64,000 nucleotides of DNA, taken from the human T2T-CHM13v2.0 reference genome, Homo sapiens. A model generated the notes under the pieces. It saw only the letters and a program-made list of their open reading frames with translations, was not told the origin of the DNA and searched no databases. Positions 46,239-59,332 of the stretch are shown in pieces (within the stretch, counting starts at the first letter, position 1; each line of letters opens with the position of its first letter). The stretch lies in assembly GCF_009914755.1 (NCBI RefSeq), contig NC_060929.1; one strand, given 5' to 3'. The position numbers were made by a program, and so were the translations under genes.

Positions 46239-46507
46239 GGAGTTTATTCTAATTATGTTAAGTGTGAAATGCTTCCTTATATAAAGAACATTTTCAAATA
46301 GGACAATATAAGATGATTTATTTAAAAATGTATTAATCCAGTGGAAATAAGGAAGATCAGGAAACTAAATTTTATTGTGTAGCACTGAATATTTAAATTT
46401 TTTTATGTGAAGTTAAAAAAAAGTAAAAACTTTAATCCAAGTGAAGTAAAAAGTGATAAATTCAAGAGAATAAATGCAGTAAATAATGTAGGAAAAAGAC
46501 ATATTTA

Positions 46508-46836
46508 GAAAGAATGAGATAATGTCCTTTGCAGAGACCTGGGTGGAGCTGGAGGCCATTATCCTTAGCAAACTAGCAAAGGAACAGAAAACCAAATACT
46601 ACATGTATAAATGGGAGCTAAATGTTGAGAACACATGGACACATAGAGGAGAACAACACACGGTGGGGTCTTTCGGAGAGTGGAGGGTGGGAGGAGGGAG
46701 AGGATCAGGAAAAATAACTAATGCGTACCAGGCTTAAAACCCACCTGGGTGATGCCATGTACAACAAACCACCATGATGCAAGTTTACCTGTGCAACAAA
46801 CCTGCACTTATACCCCTGAACTTAAAATAAAAATTA
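46508..46836 (+). mobile_element. L1PA10-13-like 3' end
   Basis: ORF 46522 SFA.TW.ELEAIILSKL..EQKTKY; 3'UTR ending cccctgaacttaaaataaaa. Confidence 0.82.
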
Positions 46837-47200
46837 ATATATGTATATAAAATTGCTAAAGTTTTAAAAATATTTAAACATATTCAAAATCAGAATGCAG
46901 CTTAAAATGCACAACATGTCAAAGTTTAATTGAAAATATTTTTGATATATGAGGTGATAAAATTTAGCACTCAAAATTTATACAAATGATTTATTTTGTA
47001 CAGAAAAATATCAGTATATTATAGAAAATATGTATTGGCACTTCCAGTATAAGAAAGAAAAAGAAAAACGCTGAAGAAGAAAAGAAAAAGAAGAAGGAGG
47101 AGGAAAGCTAAACACTCACACGACAAATATGCAAAGGGAACGCACTGAAAGTTCACCAAAGATAGAAATATGGCGATCCTAGCTATGAAAATATTGTATT

Positions 47201-47374
47201 GCCAAGGCAGGCAGATCGTGAGGTCAGGAGATGAGACCATCCTGGCCAACATGGTGAAACCCCGTCTCTACTAAAAATACAAAAATTAGCTGCGCGTGGT
47301 GGCAGGTGCCTGTAATCCCAGCTACTCAGGAGGCTGAGGCAGGAGAATTACTTGAACCAGGGAGTTTGAGGTTG
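47201..47374 (+). mobile_element. AluSc-like internal fragment, truncated at both ends
   Basis: gccaaggcaggcagatcgtgaggtcaggagat...cttgaaccagggagtttgaggttg; no 5' end, no poly-A. Confidence 0.82.
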
Positions 47375-47525
47375 GAAATAGAGACTTTCCAGATGCATTT
47401 AAATTGAATTCCTACTGTATTTGAATGGAAGTTAAATTTGACAACTGATGTCCTTATAGGAAAAAGGTATTACACACCTAGAGACTTACTCATATAGAGG
47501 AGACAGGAACGCCAAGAAGGCCACC
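47374..47525 (+). mobile_element. MLT1-type LTR fragment
   Basis: ggaaatagagactttccagatg...actgatgtccttatagg...gccaagaaggcc resembles MLT1A-C. Confidence 0.5.
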
Positions 47526-47835
47526 GTTTAATTTTCATATTATTTTTATTTTATGTGCTAGTTTATAAAAAAGTAATATATATAATTTTCCCCAATAAGT
47601 GAGGTAAAATACAGTTAACATAAAATTAATTATATCATTTAACAGTATCTAGGACATTCTCAATGTTGTACAACCATCACCATTGTATGGATACACTGCA
47701 ATTTGTTTATCCATTCATTCACCGATGGGCGTTCGAGTTGTTTCCACCATTTTGTTATTGTTACACTAGTGCTGCTATGAATATTTGGGCAAATTTTTAT
47801 TTTGAGTAACTATTTTAAATTATTAGATCTATGTA

Positions 47836-47998
47836 CAGACAATCCCTGATTTATAATGGTCTGATTTATAAATTTACAAATTTACTTACAAATTTACGAT
47901 GCAGTTTATCAGAGCATTAAAGACATTTTTCACTTAAAATATTTTTGACCTGAGATGGATTTATCAGGATGTAACCCCATTATATCGTGAAGCATCTG
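47836..47998. mobile_element. MER47/Tigger5-like short DNA transposon
   Basis: Ends cagacaatccc... and ...gtaaccccattatatcgtgaagcatctg, flanked by TA on both sides (47834-5, 47999-48000). Confidence 0.72.
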
Positions 47999-48848
47999 TA
48001 CATAGAAGTGCAATTCCTGTTTCATATGTTAACTCGATGGTTAGTTTCATTAGGAATCGCTAAGCTGTAGTTTACAGCAGCTATACCATTTTACATTTCC
48101 ACCAGCAATGTAAGAGGATTCCAATTTCTCACCAAGTGCAATTTTCAATATTCAATAAGCCATCTTAGGGGATATAAAGTGGTACTCTATTGTGGTTTTG
48201 TATGTTTTAAATAATTAACGATGTTGAGGATCTTTTCTTGTGATTTTGAACATTTGTGTATTTGCTACACAAAAACACATATTTAAATATTTTGCCCACT
48301 ATTTTATGGGGTTGTTTGTCCATTCAGCAATGATCATAAATATACGACAATAGACTTATAAGATATATAATTTGCAAATATTTTCTTATTCTGTAGATTG
48401 TCTTTTCAGTTTCTTGATAATGTACCTTAATAAACAAAATATATTTTGAAAAAATTTTTATTTATATTTGTCTTCTGATGGTTTTGCTGTTGGTGTCATA
48501 TTGAAGAATTCATCAGTAAATTGGAAGTTATGAAAAATCACCCCTATGTTTACTTCTGATATTTTATAGCTTTAACTGTTACCTGTATGTTGTTGATACA
48601 TTTTTGGTTAATTTTTATACATAACATGAGGTAGAGGTTTAACTTAATTCTTTTTACACAGATATCCAGTTATTTCAGAAATATTTATTGAGATAGTATT
48701 TTTTCCCATTCAATTTTGTTTGTATCATTGTCAAAAATAAATTGATAATAGATTTATGAGTTTATTTCTGGACCCTACATCTTATTTAATTCATCTATAT
48801 GTTTATTCTTTGTTTGGTTTATTATTATTAACCATTCTTATTACATTA

Positions 48849-48928
48849 TTAGTTTGGTTAAAAAGCAATTGCAATTTTTGTCATTAAAAGTAATAGCAAA
48901 AAACACAATAACGTTTGCGCAAACCTGA
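48849..48928. mobile_element. MADE1 (Hsmar1-derived 80-bp MITE)
   Basis: 80-bp imperfect palindrome ttagtttggttaaaaagcaattgcaatttttgtcatt...aatagcaaaaaacacaataacgtttgcgcaaacctga. Confidence 0.85.
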
Positions 48929-50559
48929 CAGCACCATAGTTTTGTTATTTTGTAGTAAGTTTCGAAATTACAAAGTTTGAGACCTTCAATATGTTCTTTT
49001 TTAAACGTTTTGACAGTTCCTGCTTCCTTACAATTTCATATCAATATTAGATCATCAGCTTTTCTATTTCTGCAAATACAGCAGTTTGGATTTGATATAA
49101 TTTCATTGAATCTTTAGATATTTGGGTAATATTGCCATTTTAACACTGAGTCTTAAAATTCTTTAACAAAGAATGCCCTTCCATTTAATAGATATTCTTA
49201 ATTTTAACAGGAGTTTGTTTATTGTACAAGGCTTGAACCTAATTGATTAGATTCATTCCTAAGCATTTAACATTTTATGCTACTGTAAATGAAATTGTTT
49301 TCATAATTTCAACTTCAGATTTTTATTGCTATTGTATAGCAATACACCTGATTTTTGAGTGTTGATCTTGTATCCTGACCCCTTGCTGAATTTGTTTATT
49401 AGCTTGAATAGTCTCTGTGGATACTTTAGGACCTCTATTTCTTGATAGTTGAGTGTTTTTATTATGAAATGATGTTAAATTTTGTGAAATGCTTTTTCTG
49501 AATCAATGAATGATTAAAATAATCATTCATTTTATTCCTTCAATCTATTAATAAATTGATTTTTATATGCTGAAAGATTCTTGAATTCCTCAGATAAATC
49601 CCATTTAGCCATAATGTATGATCCTGTAAATATGCTCCTTTATTTAGTTTACTGTTTTGGGGGCAGTTATTTTTGCATCTATATTCATAAGGTATGTTTT
49701 TCTATAATTTTTTTCTTTCAGTTGGTGTTTATCTCGCTGTGGTGTCAGAGTACCTCTATCTTTAAATAATAAGTTAGAAAGTGTTCCTTTTTCTACTTTT
49801 TGGAAAAGTTTAGAAATTATTGTTGTAAAGTCTTTAAATTGTTAGTAGAATTCACCATTGAAACCAGGTCACCCTGGGCTTTTATTTGTTAGAATGTATC
49901 GATTAATGATTTAAGTTTGTTTAGCTGTGTTAAGATTTTTATTTTTGGTGCAGTTTTGCTGGTTTTTTTTTGTATTTCTAGGAACTTTTCCATTTTATCA
50001 AAATTACATAATTTATTGATCTTTAATATTTCAGTATTCTCTTATCCTTTTAAATATTTTAGGTAGCATATTCTCACTTTCATTTCTGATTTTAGTACAT
50101 TAGATCTTCTCTTTTTTTGTTATCTATGTTTGTTAATTTTGTTGATCTTTTCAAAGATACATGTTTTGGTATTACTTATTCTTTCTTCTGTTTTTCCTAT
50201 TTTGTTTGTCTCTGCTCTAAGAGTTTTATGATTCCCTGAAATTCTAAATTATTAATTTTTAAAATTATTATGTATTATACACTTTGTAAAGGTCTATGAG
50301 CTTTGACAAATGCATAGTGTCAAAAAATACGATTATAATATCATAGAAAATAGTTTTATGACCTCAAAAAAAAAACCCTTGTGTTTCACCTGTTTAACCA
50401 ACTCTCTCTGCTGATACCATGCCAACTGCTCATCATTTTATTGTCTCTATAATTTTACCCCTTCCAGAATATCACATAAGTGGAATCATATAGTATATCA
50501 CTTTTTTCCAACTGGTTATTTTACCTATTAATATGCATTCAAAAGTCATCCATAACTTT

Positions 50560-53500
50560 TTTATATTTAAATGTTTTTATTTAATTTTTATGAGTACATA
50601 ATAGCTGTATATATTTATGGGCACATGTGATGTTTTGATACAGTCATACAACGTGTAATGATCCAATAAGAGTACTGGAGTAGAAATAATGTCAAGGCTT
50701 TATTATTTCTTTATATTAAAAACATTCCAAATTCACTATATTTGTTATTTTAAAATGTATGATAAGTTGTAGTTAACTGTAGTCACCCTAATGTACTACC
50801 ATTACTAGATCTTATTTATCTAACTGTATTTTATACTCATGAAACATTGCCAATCTATCTCCACCTCTCCTTTACCCTCCCCATTATCTGTCAATAATTA
50901 ATCCACTCTCAATTTTATATGTTTATATATTTTTTAGCTCCCACATGTATAAGTGAGACATAGGACGTTTGTCTCTATATCATTCAACGTAATGTCCTCC
51001 CGTTTCATCCATGTTGTTGCAAATGACAAGATTTCATATTTCATTGTGTATATCGATCCCATTTTTTGTATCCATTCATCCACCGATGGGCAGTTAGGTT
51101 GCTTCTGTAGCTTGGCTGTGGTGAATAGTGCTGCATTAAACATGATAATACAAATACCCCTTTAATATACTATTTTTCTCCTTTTTTGGGATATAGCCCG
51201 CAGTGGGATTGCTGGATCATACGTTAGTTCCATACCTAGTTTTTTAAAGAAGGTTTATACTGTTCTCCACAGCGGCATTATTAATTTGCATTCCCACAAT
51301 AGTGTACAAGGGATCCCCCTTCTCCATATTCTTACCAGCTTTAATTAATGACTATCTTCCGGATAGAATCCATATTCACTGGGGTGAAAAGATATCTCAT
51401 TTTATTTTTGATTTGCATTTTCCTGATAATTAGTGATGCTGAGTATTTTTTTTTCATAAACCTGTTGGCCATTTGTATGTCTTCTGAGAAACGTTTATTT
51501 AGATATTTTGCCCATTTTTCAATCAGATGTTTTTCCTATTGAGTTGTTTGTGCTCCTTACATATTCTGGTTATTAATCCTTCAACAGCCATGATGTTTGT
51601 AAATATTGTCTCTTATCCCCTGGATTGTCTGTTCACATTGTTAATTGTTTCCTTTGCTGTACAGAAGCTTCTTAATTTAATGTGATCACATTTGTCCATT
51701 TTTACTTTGATTGCCTTTGCTTATGAGGCTTACTCAAGAATTATTTGCCCCTACTAATGTCCTGGAGTGCTTCCCAATGTTTTCTACTGGTAGTTTTATA
51801 GTTTGAGCTCTTAGATTTAAGTCTTTAATCCCTTTCAATTTGATTTTTGTACATGGCAAAAAAATAAGTGTTTAGTTTCAATCTTCTGCTTATGGATATC
51901 CAGTTTTCCTGTCACTATCTATTGAAGAGACTGTCCTTTCCCCAGTGTATGTTCTTGTCCCCATTTGTCAAAAATAAGTTGATAGCAAATCCTGGATTTA
52001 TGTGTGGGTTGCCTCTTCTGTTCCATTGGTCTGCATGTCTCTTTTTAACGCCAGCATCATGCTGTTTTGGTTATGAGAGCATTGTGGTATACTTTGAAGT
52101 TATATAATGTAATTCCTCCAGTTTCGTTCTTTTTGGTGAAGATGGCTTTAGCTATTCTGGGTGTTTTGTTGTTCCATAAAAATTTTAGAATTAAAAAAAA
52201 AATCTGGGAATAAATGTCATTGTATTTTAATAGGGATTATATTGAATCCGTAGATTCTTTGAGTACTATGGACCTTTTGACAATATTGATTCTTTCAATC
52301 CATGAACATGGAATATCTTTCCATTTTTTGATGTCTTCTTCATTTTTTATTAATATTTATAGTTTTGATTGTATAGATCTTATCTGTTTTTGGTTAAGTT
52401 TATTCCTAAGTATTTTATTTTATTCATATTATAGCTATAGATATGATTACTTTAGTGTTTTTTAAAATTCTTTGCTGTTGGCAAATAGAAACAGTACTGT
52501 TTTTATTTTTCTAATAATGACAAGGCCTTGCTCTGTCACCCAGGCTGGATTGCAGTGTTGTGATCTTAGCTAACTGCAGCCTTGAACTCCTGGTCTCAAG
52601 CAATCTTCCCACCTCAATCTCCTGAGTAGCTGGGAATACAGAAGAACACCCACGGACCTGGCTGAAAAATGCTACTGCTTTCTGTATGTTGATTTTGTAT
52701 TTTGCAATTTTACTGAATTTGTTCATTAGTTTTAACAGGCTTTGTGAAGTTACTGAGTTATTTTAAATACAAGATCATATCACCTGCAAACAAGGGTAAT
52801 TTAAACTTCCCCTTTCCAATTTGGATACCTTTTATTTCTTACTCTTGCCTAATTGCTCTGGCTAGGACTTCCAGTATCATTTTAAATAAAAATGGTAAAA
52901 GGTGGCATCCTTGTCTTGTTCCAGATCTTGGAGAAAAGGTTTTTTGTTTCTCGCATTCAGTGTAATACTAGCTATGTGCTTTTTGTATACAGCTTTTATT
53001 GTGTTGAGGTATATTCTCTCTATACCCTGTTTTTTGAGAGGTTTTATCATGGAGTTACGTTGAATTTCACTGAAATTCATTGAAAAAGCTTCCAGCATCA
53101 GTTAAAATGATCATGTTTTTGTCCTTTATTCTGTTGATATGATGTATTACATTTATTGATTGCATGTGATGAACCATTCCCACATCGCTGAGTTGAATCT
53201 CATTTGATTATGATTAATTGTCTTTTTATTGCATTGTTAAAATTAATTAGCTAGCATTTTGTTGAGGATTTTTGCATCTATGTTCACCAGATATATTGGC
53301 TTATAATTTTCTTTTTTTTGTGTGTTTTTTTATCTGATTTTGATAACAGGGTAATACTGGATTCATAGAATAAATTTATAAGTTTTATCTTCTCCTTAAT
53401 ATTTTAGAATAATTTGAGTAGTATTGTAATTAATTATTCTTTAAATGTGTGATACAAATCAGCAGTGAAGGCATCACATCCTGAGGTTTTCTTTGATAAG

Positions 53501-54744
53501 AAACATTTTATTACTGCTTATATATTGTAACTTATTATTGGTCTATTCGGGTTTTGAATTTCTTAATGTTTCAATCTTGGTAGGTTGTATGCTTCTAGTA
53601 ATTTATCCACTTCTAGGTTTTCCTATTTTTTGGCATATAGTTGCTTGTAATAGTGTCAAATGATCCTTTGAATTTCTGTGGTATCAATTGTACTGCCACC
53701 TTTTTCACCTCTGATTTTGATATTTTAGGAGGCTCTTTCCCCTTTTGCCTTGATTCATCAGGCTAAAGATTTGTCAGTGCTATCCTTCAAAATAACCCAA
53801 GTTTTCATTTTGTAGATCATTACACTTTTATAGTCTCTATTTTTTTTACTTATGCTCTAATCTTTCTTATTTCTTTTAGTTTTATAATTTTAGGTTTAGT
53901 TTACTCTTTTAGAATTATTTAAAATGCATCTTTTGGTTATTTGTTTGAAATTTTTATTACTTTTTCATTTGGGCATTTATTTCTATAAACTTCCCTCTAA
54001 GTATTGATTTTGCTGTATTCCACAGGTTTAATATGTTGTGTTTCCATTTTTATTTGTGTTCAAAATATTTTAATATTCTCTCTAGTTTCTTCATTCGTCT
54101 AATGGTTGGTCAGGAGCATATTGTTTAATATTTATGTGTTTCTGTAGATCCCAATGTTTCTCTTGTTGTTAATTTCTAGTTTTTCTGTGTTAAAAATACA
54201 TAATATAATTTATTTAAAAATATTTGAGACTTGTTTTGTGGCCTAAAATATTTTCTATCCTTGAAAATGTTTCATGTACTGAGGAGAAGAATGCTTATTC
54301 TGAAGCTGTTGGATGTAATGTTCTGTAAACGTCTGCTAGGTCCATTTGGTCTATATTGCAGATTAAGTCCATGTTTCTTTATTGATTTTCTGTGTGAATG
54401 ATCTGTCCTGTGCTGAAAGTGAGGTATTGAAATCCTCCCTCATTATCCTATTAAAGCCTGTCTCTCTTTTTCTAGCTCTAATAAGATTTGTTTTATATAT
54501 CTGGGTGCTCCAGTGTTGAGTGCATAATTTATAATTGTTAAATCCTCTTGCTGAATCAACTCCCTTATCATTATATAATAACCTTCTTTGTTTCATTACA
54601 GCTTTTGTCTTGAAATCTATTTTGTCTGATATAGCTACTCCTTCTTCATTTCCATTTGCATTGACTATCTTTTTATTTTCTTTATTTTAAATCTGTTTGT
54701 GTCTTATAGGAGAAGTGAATTTCTTATAGGCAGCATGTAGTTGG
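50560..54744 (-). mobile_element. L1MA-type element (~4.2 kb, 3'UTR to endonuclease region)
   Basis: ORFs with L1 ORF2 remnants (KFSKIAKYKINIQK, GIE..YLNTIKAVY, DFNTSLSA.DRS..QKINKET); near-TSD cataacttt (50551) / cataccttt (54745). Confidence 0.82.
52500..52663 (-). mobile_element. FLAM/AluJ monomer in the L1MA
   Basis: gctctgtcacccaggctgga...ctgcagccttgaactcctgg.ctcaagcaatc...; degenerate TSD tactg flanks. Confidence 0.8.
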
Positions 54745-55417
54745 CATACCTTTGACAGGCTTGGTAGAGCATTCCTTTTTGTTGATAATGTTCCACTGAA
54801 TGGATGTACCATCATTTGTTTGCCTTTCACCTATGCAAGGATATACTGTTTGCTTCTAACTTGGGGCAATTATAAATAAAGCAATTATAAACATTCATGT
54901 GCAGATTTTGCTTAGTTATAAGTTTTCAAATCATATGAATAAATAACTAAAAGTGTGATGACTAGATTATGTGGTATGTCTATGATAGGGTTTGTAAAAA
55001 TGACTGCCAAATTATTTTCCAGAGTGATGTATCATTTTGTATTTTCATTAAAATTAATGTCAGTTTCTCTTGCTCTGTATTCTTACCAGCATTAAATATT
55101 ATTTTTTAAAAATTAACATATGTAGTGGTATCTCATTATAATTTTAATTTGCTTTTTTCTAATTAAAACTATTGCTTTTCATATGCTTAAATGTAATACA
55201 TCTTTGTTGCAAATTTTTAATTGGGTAGTTTATTATTATTATTACTATTTAGTTTTAACTTTATATGTTGTATAGTTTTTTAATCAAATATGTGTTTTGA
55301 AATATATTCTGTGTGTTTTCTTTTTGTAATATTATATTGACAAAACATTTTTTTAATAAAGTGTAATTCCCCAGTTTTCTTTAATGAATTGTGCCTTTAG
55401 TATTGTAGCCAAACTCT

Positions 55418-57702
55418 TGTACTAGTTCATTTTCACTCTGCTAATAAACACATACCCGAAACTGGGAATAAAAGAGGTTTAATTGAACTTACAGTTCCAC
55501 TTGGCTGGGGCGGCCTCAGAATCATGGTGGGACATGAAAGGCATTTCTTACATGGCAGCAGCAAGAGAAAACTGAGGAAAAAGCAAAAGCGGAAATCCCT
55601 GATAAACTCGCTAGATCTCGTGAGACTTATTCACTATGAGAAGAATAACATCAGAAAGACCAGCCCCCATGATTCAATAACCTCCCTCTGGGTCCCTCCT
55701 ACAACACGTAAGAATTCTGGGAGATACAATTCAAGTTGAAATTTGGACGGGGACACAGCCAAACCATATCATTCCGCCAGGCTTCACCAAATCTTACGTC
55801 TTCTCATTTCAAAACCAATCATGCCTTCCCAACAGTCCGCCAAAGTCTTAACTCATTTCAGCATTAACCCAAAGTCCACAGTTGAAAGTCTCACCTGAGA
55901 CAAAGCAAGTTCCTTCTACCTATGAGCTTGTAAAATCAAAAGCAAACTAGTTACTTCCTAGATACAATGAGAGTACACATATTGGGTAAATACAGCCATA
56001 CAAAATGGGAGAAATTGACCAAAGCAAGGAGGTTACAGGGCCCATGCAAGTCAGAAATCCAGCAGGGCAGTCAAAATTTAAGGCTCCAAAATTATTTTCT
56101 TTTGACAGCAGGTCAGGCATCCAGGTCACACTGATGCAAGAGGTGGGTTCCCATGGTCTTGGACAGCTCCGCCCTGTGGCTTTGCAGGGTACGGCCTCCC
56201 TCCTGGCTGCTTTCATGGGCTGGCATTGAGTGTCTGCAGCTTTTCCAGGTGCACGGTGCAAACTGTCAGTGGAGCTACCACTCTGGGGTCTGCAGGATGG
56301 TGGCCCTCTTTTCACAGCTCCACCAAGCAGTGCCCCAGTAGGGACTCTGTGTGGGGGCTCCAACCCCACATTTCCCTTCCACATTGCCCTAGCAGAGGGT
56401 CTCCATGAGGGCCCTGTCCCTACAGCAAATGTTTGCTGGGCATTCAGTAGTTTCCATACATCTTTCTGAAATCTAGGCAGAGGTTCCCAAACCTCATTTC
56501 TTGACTTCTGTGCACCCCTGGGCTCAAAACCAAGTGGAAGCTGCCAAGGTTAGGGGCTGCCACCCTCTGAAGCCACAGCCTGAGCTGTACATTGGCCCCT
56601 TTCAGCCATGGCTGGAGTGGCTGGGACACAGGGCACCAAGTCCCTAAGCTACACACAGCATGGGGACCCTGGGCCCAGCACATGAAACCACTTTCTCCTC
56701 CTGGAATTTGGGGCCTGGGATGGGAGCAGCTGCTATGAAAGTCTCTGACACGGCCTGGAAACATTTTCCCCATGGCCTTGGGGATTAACATTAGGCTCCT
56801 TGCTACTTATGCAAATTTCAGCAGCTGGCTTGAGTTTCTCTTAAAAAAAAAAGTTGGTTTTTCTTTTCTAGTGCATTGTCAGGCTGCAAATTTTCTGAAC
56901 TTTTATGCTCTGTTTCCCTTTTAAAATGGAATGCTTTTAACAGCACCCAAGTCATCTCTTGAATGCTTTACTGCTTAGGAATTTCTTCTATCAGGTACCC
57001 TAAATCATTGCTCTCAAGTTCAAAGTTCCACAAACCTCTAGGGCAGGGGCAAACTGCTGCCAGCCTCTTTGCTAAAACATAACAAGGGTCACCTTTGCTC
57101 CAGATCCCAACAATTTCCTCATATCCATCTGAGACCACCTCAGCCTGAATTTTATTGTCCATATTGCTATAAGCCTTTTGGGCAAAGCTATTCAATAAGT
57201 CTCTGGGAAGTTCCAAATTTTACCACACTTTCTTTTCTTCTGAGCCCTCCAAACTGTTCCAACCTCTGCCTGTTATCCAGTTCCAAAGTTGCTTCCACAT
57301 TTTTGGGTATTTTTACAGCAACATCCCACTCCTGGTACAAATTTACTGTATTAGTTCATTTTCATGCTGCTGATAAAGACATACTCAAAACTGGAAACAA
57401 AAAAAGGTTTAATTAGACTTACAGTTCCACACGGCTGGGCAGGCCTCAGAATCATGGTGGAAGGTGAAAGGCACTTCTTATATGGCAGCTGCAAGAGAAA
57501 AAATGAGGAGGAAGCAAAAACAGAAACCCCTGATAAACTTATCAGATATTGTGAGACTTATTCACTATCATGACAATAGCATGGGAAAGGCTGGCTCCCA
57601 TGATTCAATTACCTCCCACTGGGTCTCTCTTACAACACTTGGGAATTCTGGGACATAAAATTCAAGTTAAGATTTGGATGGGGATACTGTTAAACCATAT
57701 CA
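55418..57702 (-). mobile_element. Second full-length THE1A-like element (LTR 55418-55771, internal, LTR 57347-57702)
   Basis: Two LTRs ending aaaccatatca; internal region collinear with 38329-39800. Confidence 0.93.
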
Positions 57703-58770
57703 GTACTCATCATCAAACCCAAGATCACAAATAATTTTAAAATGTTTTCTTCTAGAGTATTTTAATCTTGCATTTTACATATAAATGATTGTGTATTTTT
57801 AGTTTAGTTTTATGTAATATGCAAGGTCTTTAGATCTGTGTCTGTTTGTTTTGTTTCCTTTTGCATATTAGCATTCAATTGCACCAGCACTATTAGTTAA
57901 AAATAGTCTTGATTACTCTAGCTTTATATTTTCTTAAAGCTGGTAATATGAGTCTTCCAATTTTGAGTTTCATTTTTTTTTTATTAATCTGAGACTTTTC
58001 CTTTTCCATGTAAACCTTAGAATCCACTTGTCCACATCTACAAAATAGGCCTGTTGTGATTATAATTTGTACTGTCTTGAACTTATATATCAAGTTAGGA
58101 AGAACTGACATCTAAGCAATATTGAGTCTTCTTATTCAAGAACTTGAAATATATCTTTATTTAAGTCTATTTTTTCTTTATTTCATGATTCATTTGTAGT
58201 TTTCTGCACAGATGCTCTTTAAATATTTTATTAGATTTATGCGTACTACTGTATTCTTTTATTGGTGGTGGTACTTTCATTTCCAATTATATTATTCATT
58301 ACCATTATGTAAACAGTAGTACATCTTGTGACATTGCTATACCTGCTTATTATAACAGTACCAGACATTTTTGGTATATTATTTTGAAATTTTATCCATA
58401 GATAATTGTCATCTGCAAATAAATTTAGTTTTACTTCTCCTTTTCTAATTTGCATTATTAAATTATTTTACTTCATTATCTAGGTATTTGAGTACAATAA
58501 TGACACAGAGTAATGAGACATGACATATTCGCATATTTTCCAGTAGGAGAAAAGGTCTAGTCTTTGTCCATTAGAAATGGTGTTAGATGTACGTTTTTTG
58601 TAGATGTTCATTATCAATTTATGGGAATTCCACCTTTATTGCTAGTTTATAAAATGTTATTTTTTTGTTTTAATTATAAGAGTTGGAATTTTTTCAAATA
58701 CTTTTCTGCAGCAATTGTTACTGTTATATGAACTACCATATGATCTTATTCTATTAATATAGTGGAGTTA

Positions 58771-58890
58771 TTCACATTCACTCATCATTCACTCACTCAC
58801 TGACTTCCCAAGGGTAACTTCCAGAACTATGAGCTTCATTCATGATAAATGCCTTATTCAGGTGTACCACTTTTTATCTTTTATACCATA
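58771..58890 (-). mobile_element. Tigger3 (MER7/Golem) fragment A
   Basis: cactcactcactgac...cttccag...ttcatgataaatgcc...caggtgtaccactttttatcttttataccata; opposite orientation to fragment B. Confidence 0.8.
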
Positions 58891-59070
58891 TGCATATTTG
58901 AGTTAAAGGAAAATACAACTTAGCAAAATTTGTGGAATACAGATAAATTATGCTTAGTAAATGTTATTGTATTAAATGCATGTATTATAAAAGAGAGATA
59001 TAAAATAAATTAACTAAGCTTCTACTACCTTAAGTAATGAGAGTAAGAATAGGAATTTAAGTCTAAAGTA

Positions 59071-59332
59071 CAGCCACTCATCATTTACCAAGGAAGCTAC
59101 TTTCTGAGAAATACATCATTAAACAATCTTGTCACTATGCAAATATCAGAGAAGTGCCTACGCAAACCTAGATGGAGTCTCTGCTCTTGTCTGTAGAAGT
59201 TATATGATATATCCTATTTTTCCTATGATACCTATGTGTATAAAATGCTACTGCACTAAATACTTTAGTTAATTGTAACACAATGATTTTTGTGTTTTTT
59301 ATATCTTAACATATAAAAAGTACTGTAAAATA
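59071..59332 (+). mobile_element. Tigger3 (MER7/Golem) fragment B with terminus
   Basis: After TA: cagccac...ttctgagaaat...caaacctagatgg...aattgtaacacaatg...gtactgtaaaata. Confidence 0.8.

Larger units (their letters stand above)
47580..50230 (-). mobile_element. Old L1MB/MA-type element (3' end and ORF2 pieces) hosting MER47 and MADE1
   Basis: Antisense L1 phrases (ttacatttccaccagcaatgta, gatatccagtt, ttgtatcctgacc.ttgctgaatt, agtagaattcacca). Confidence 0.65.
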
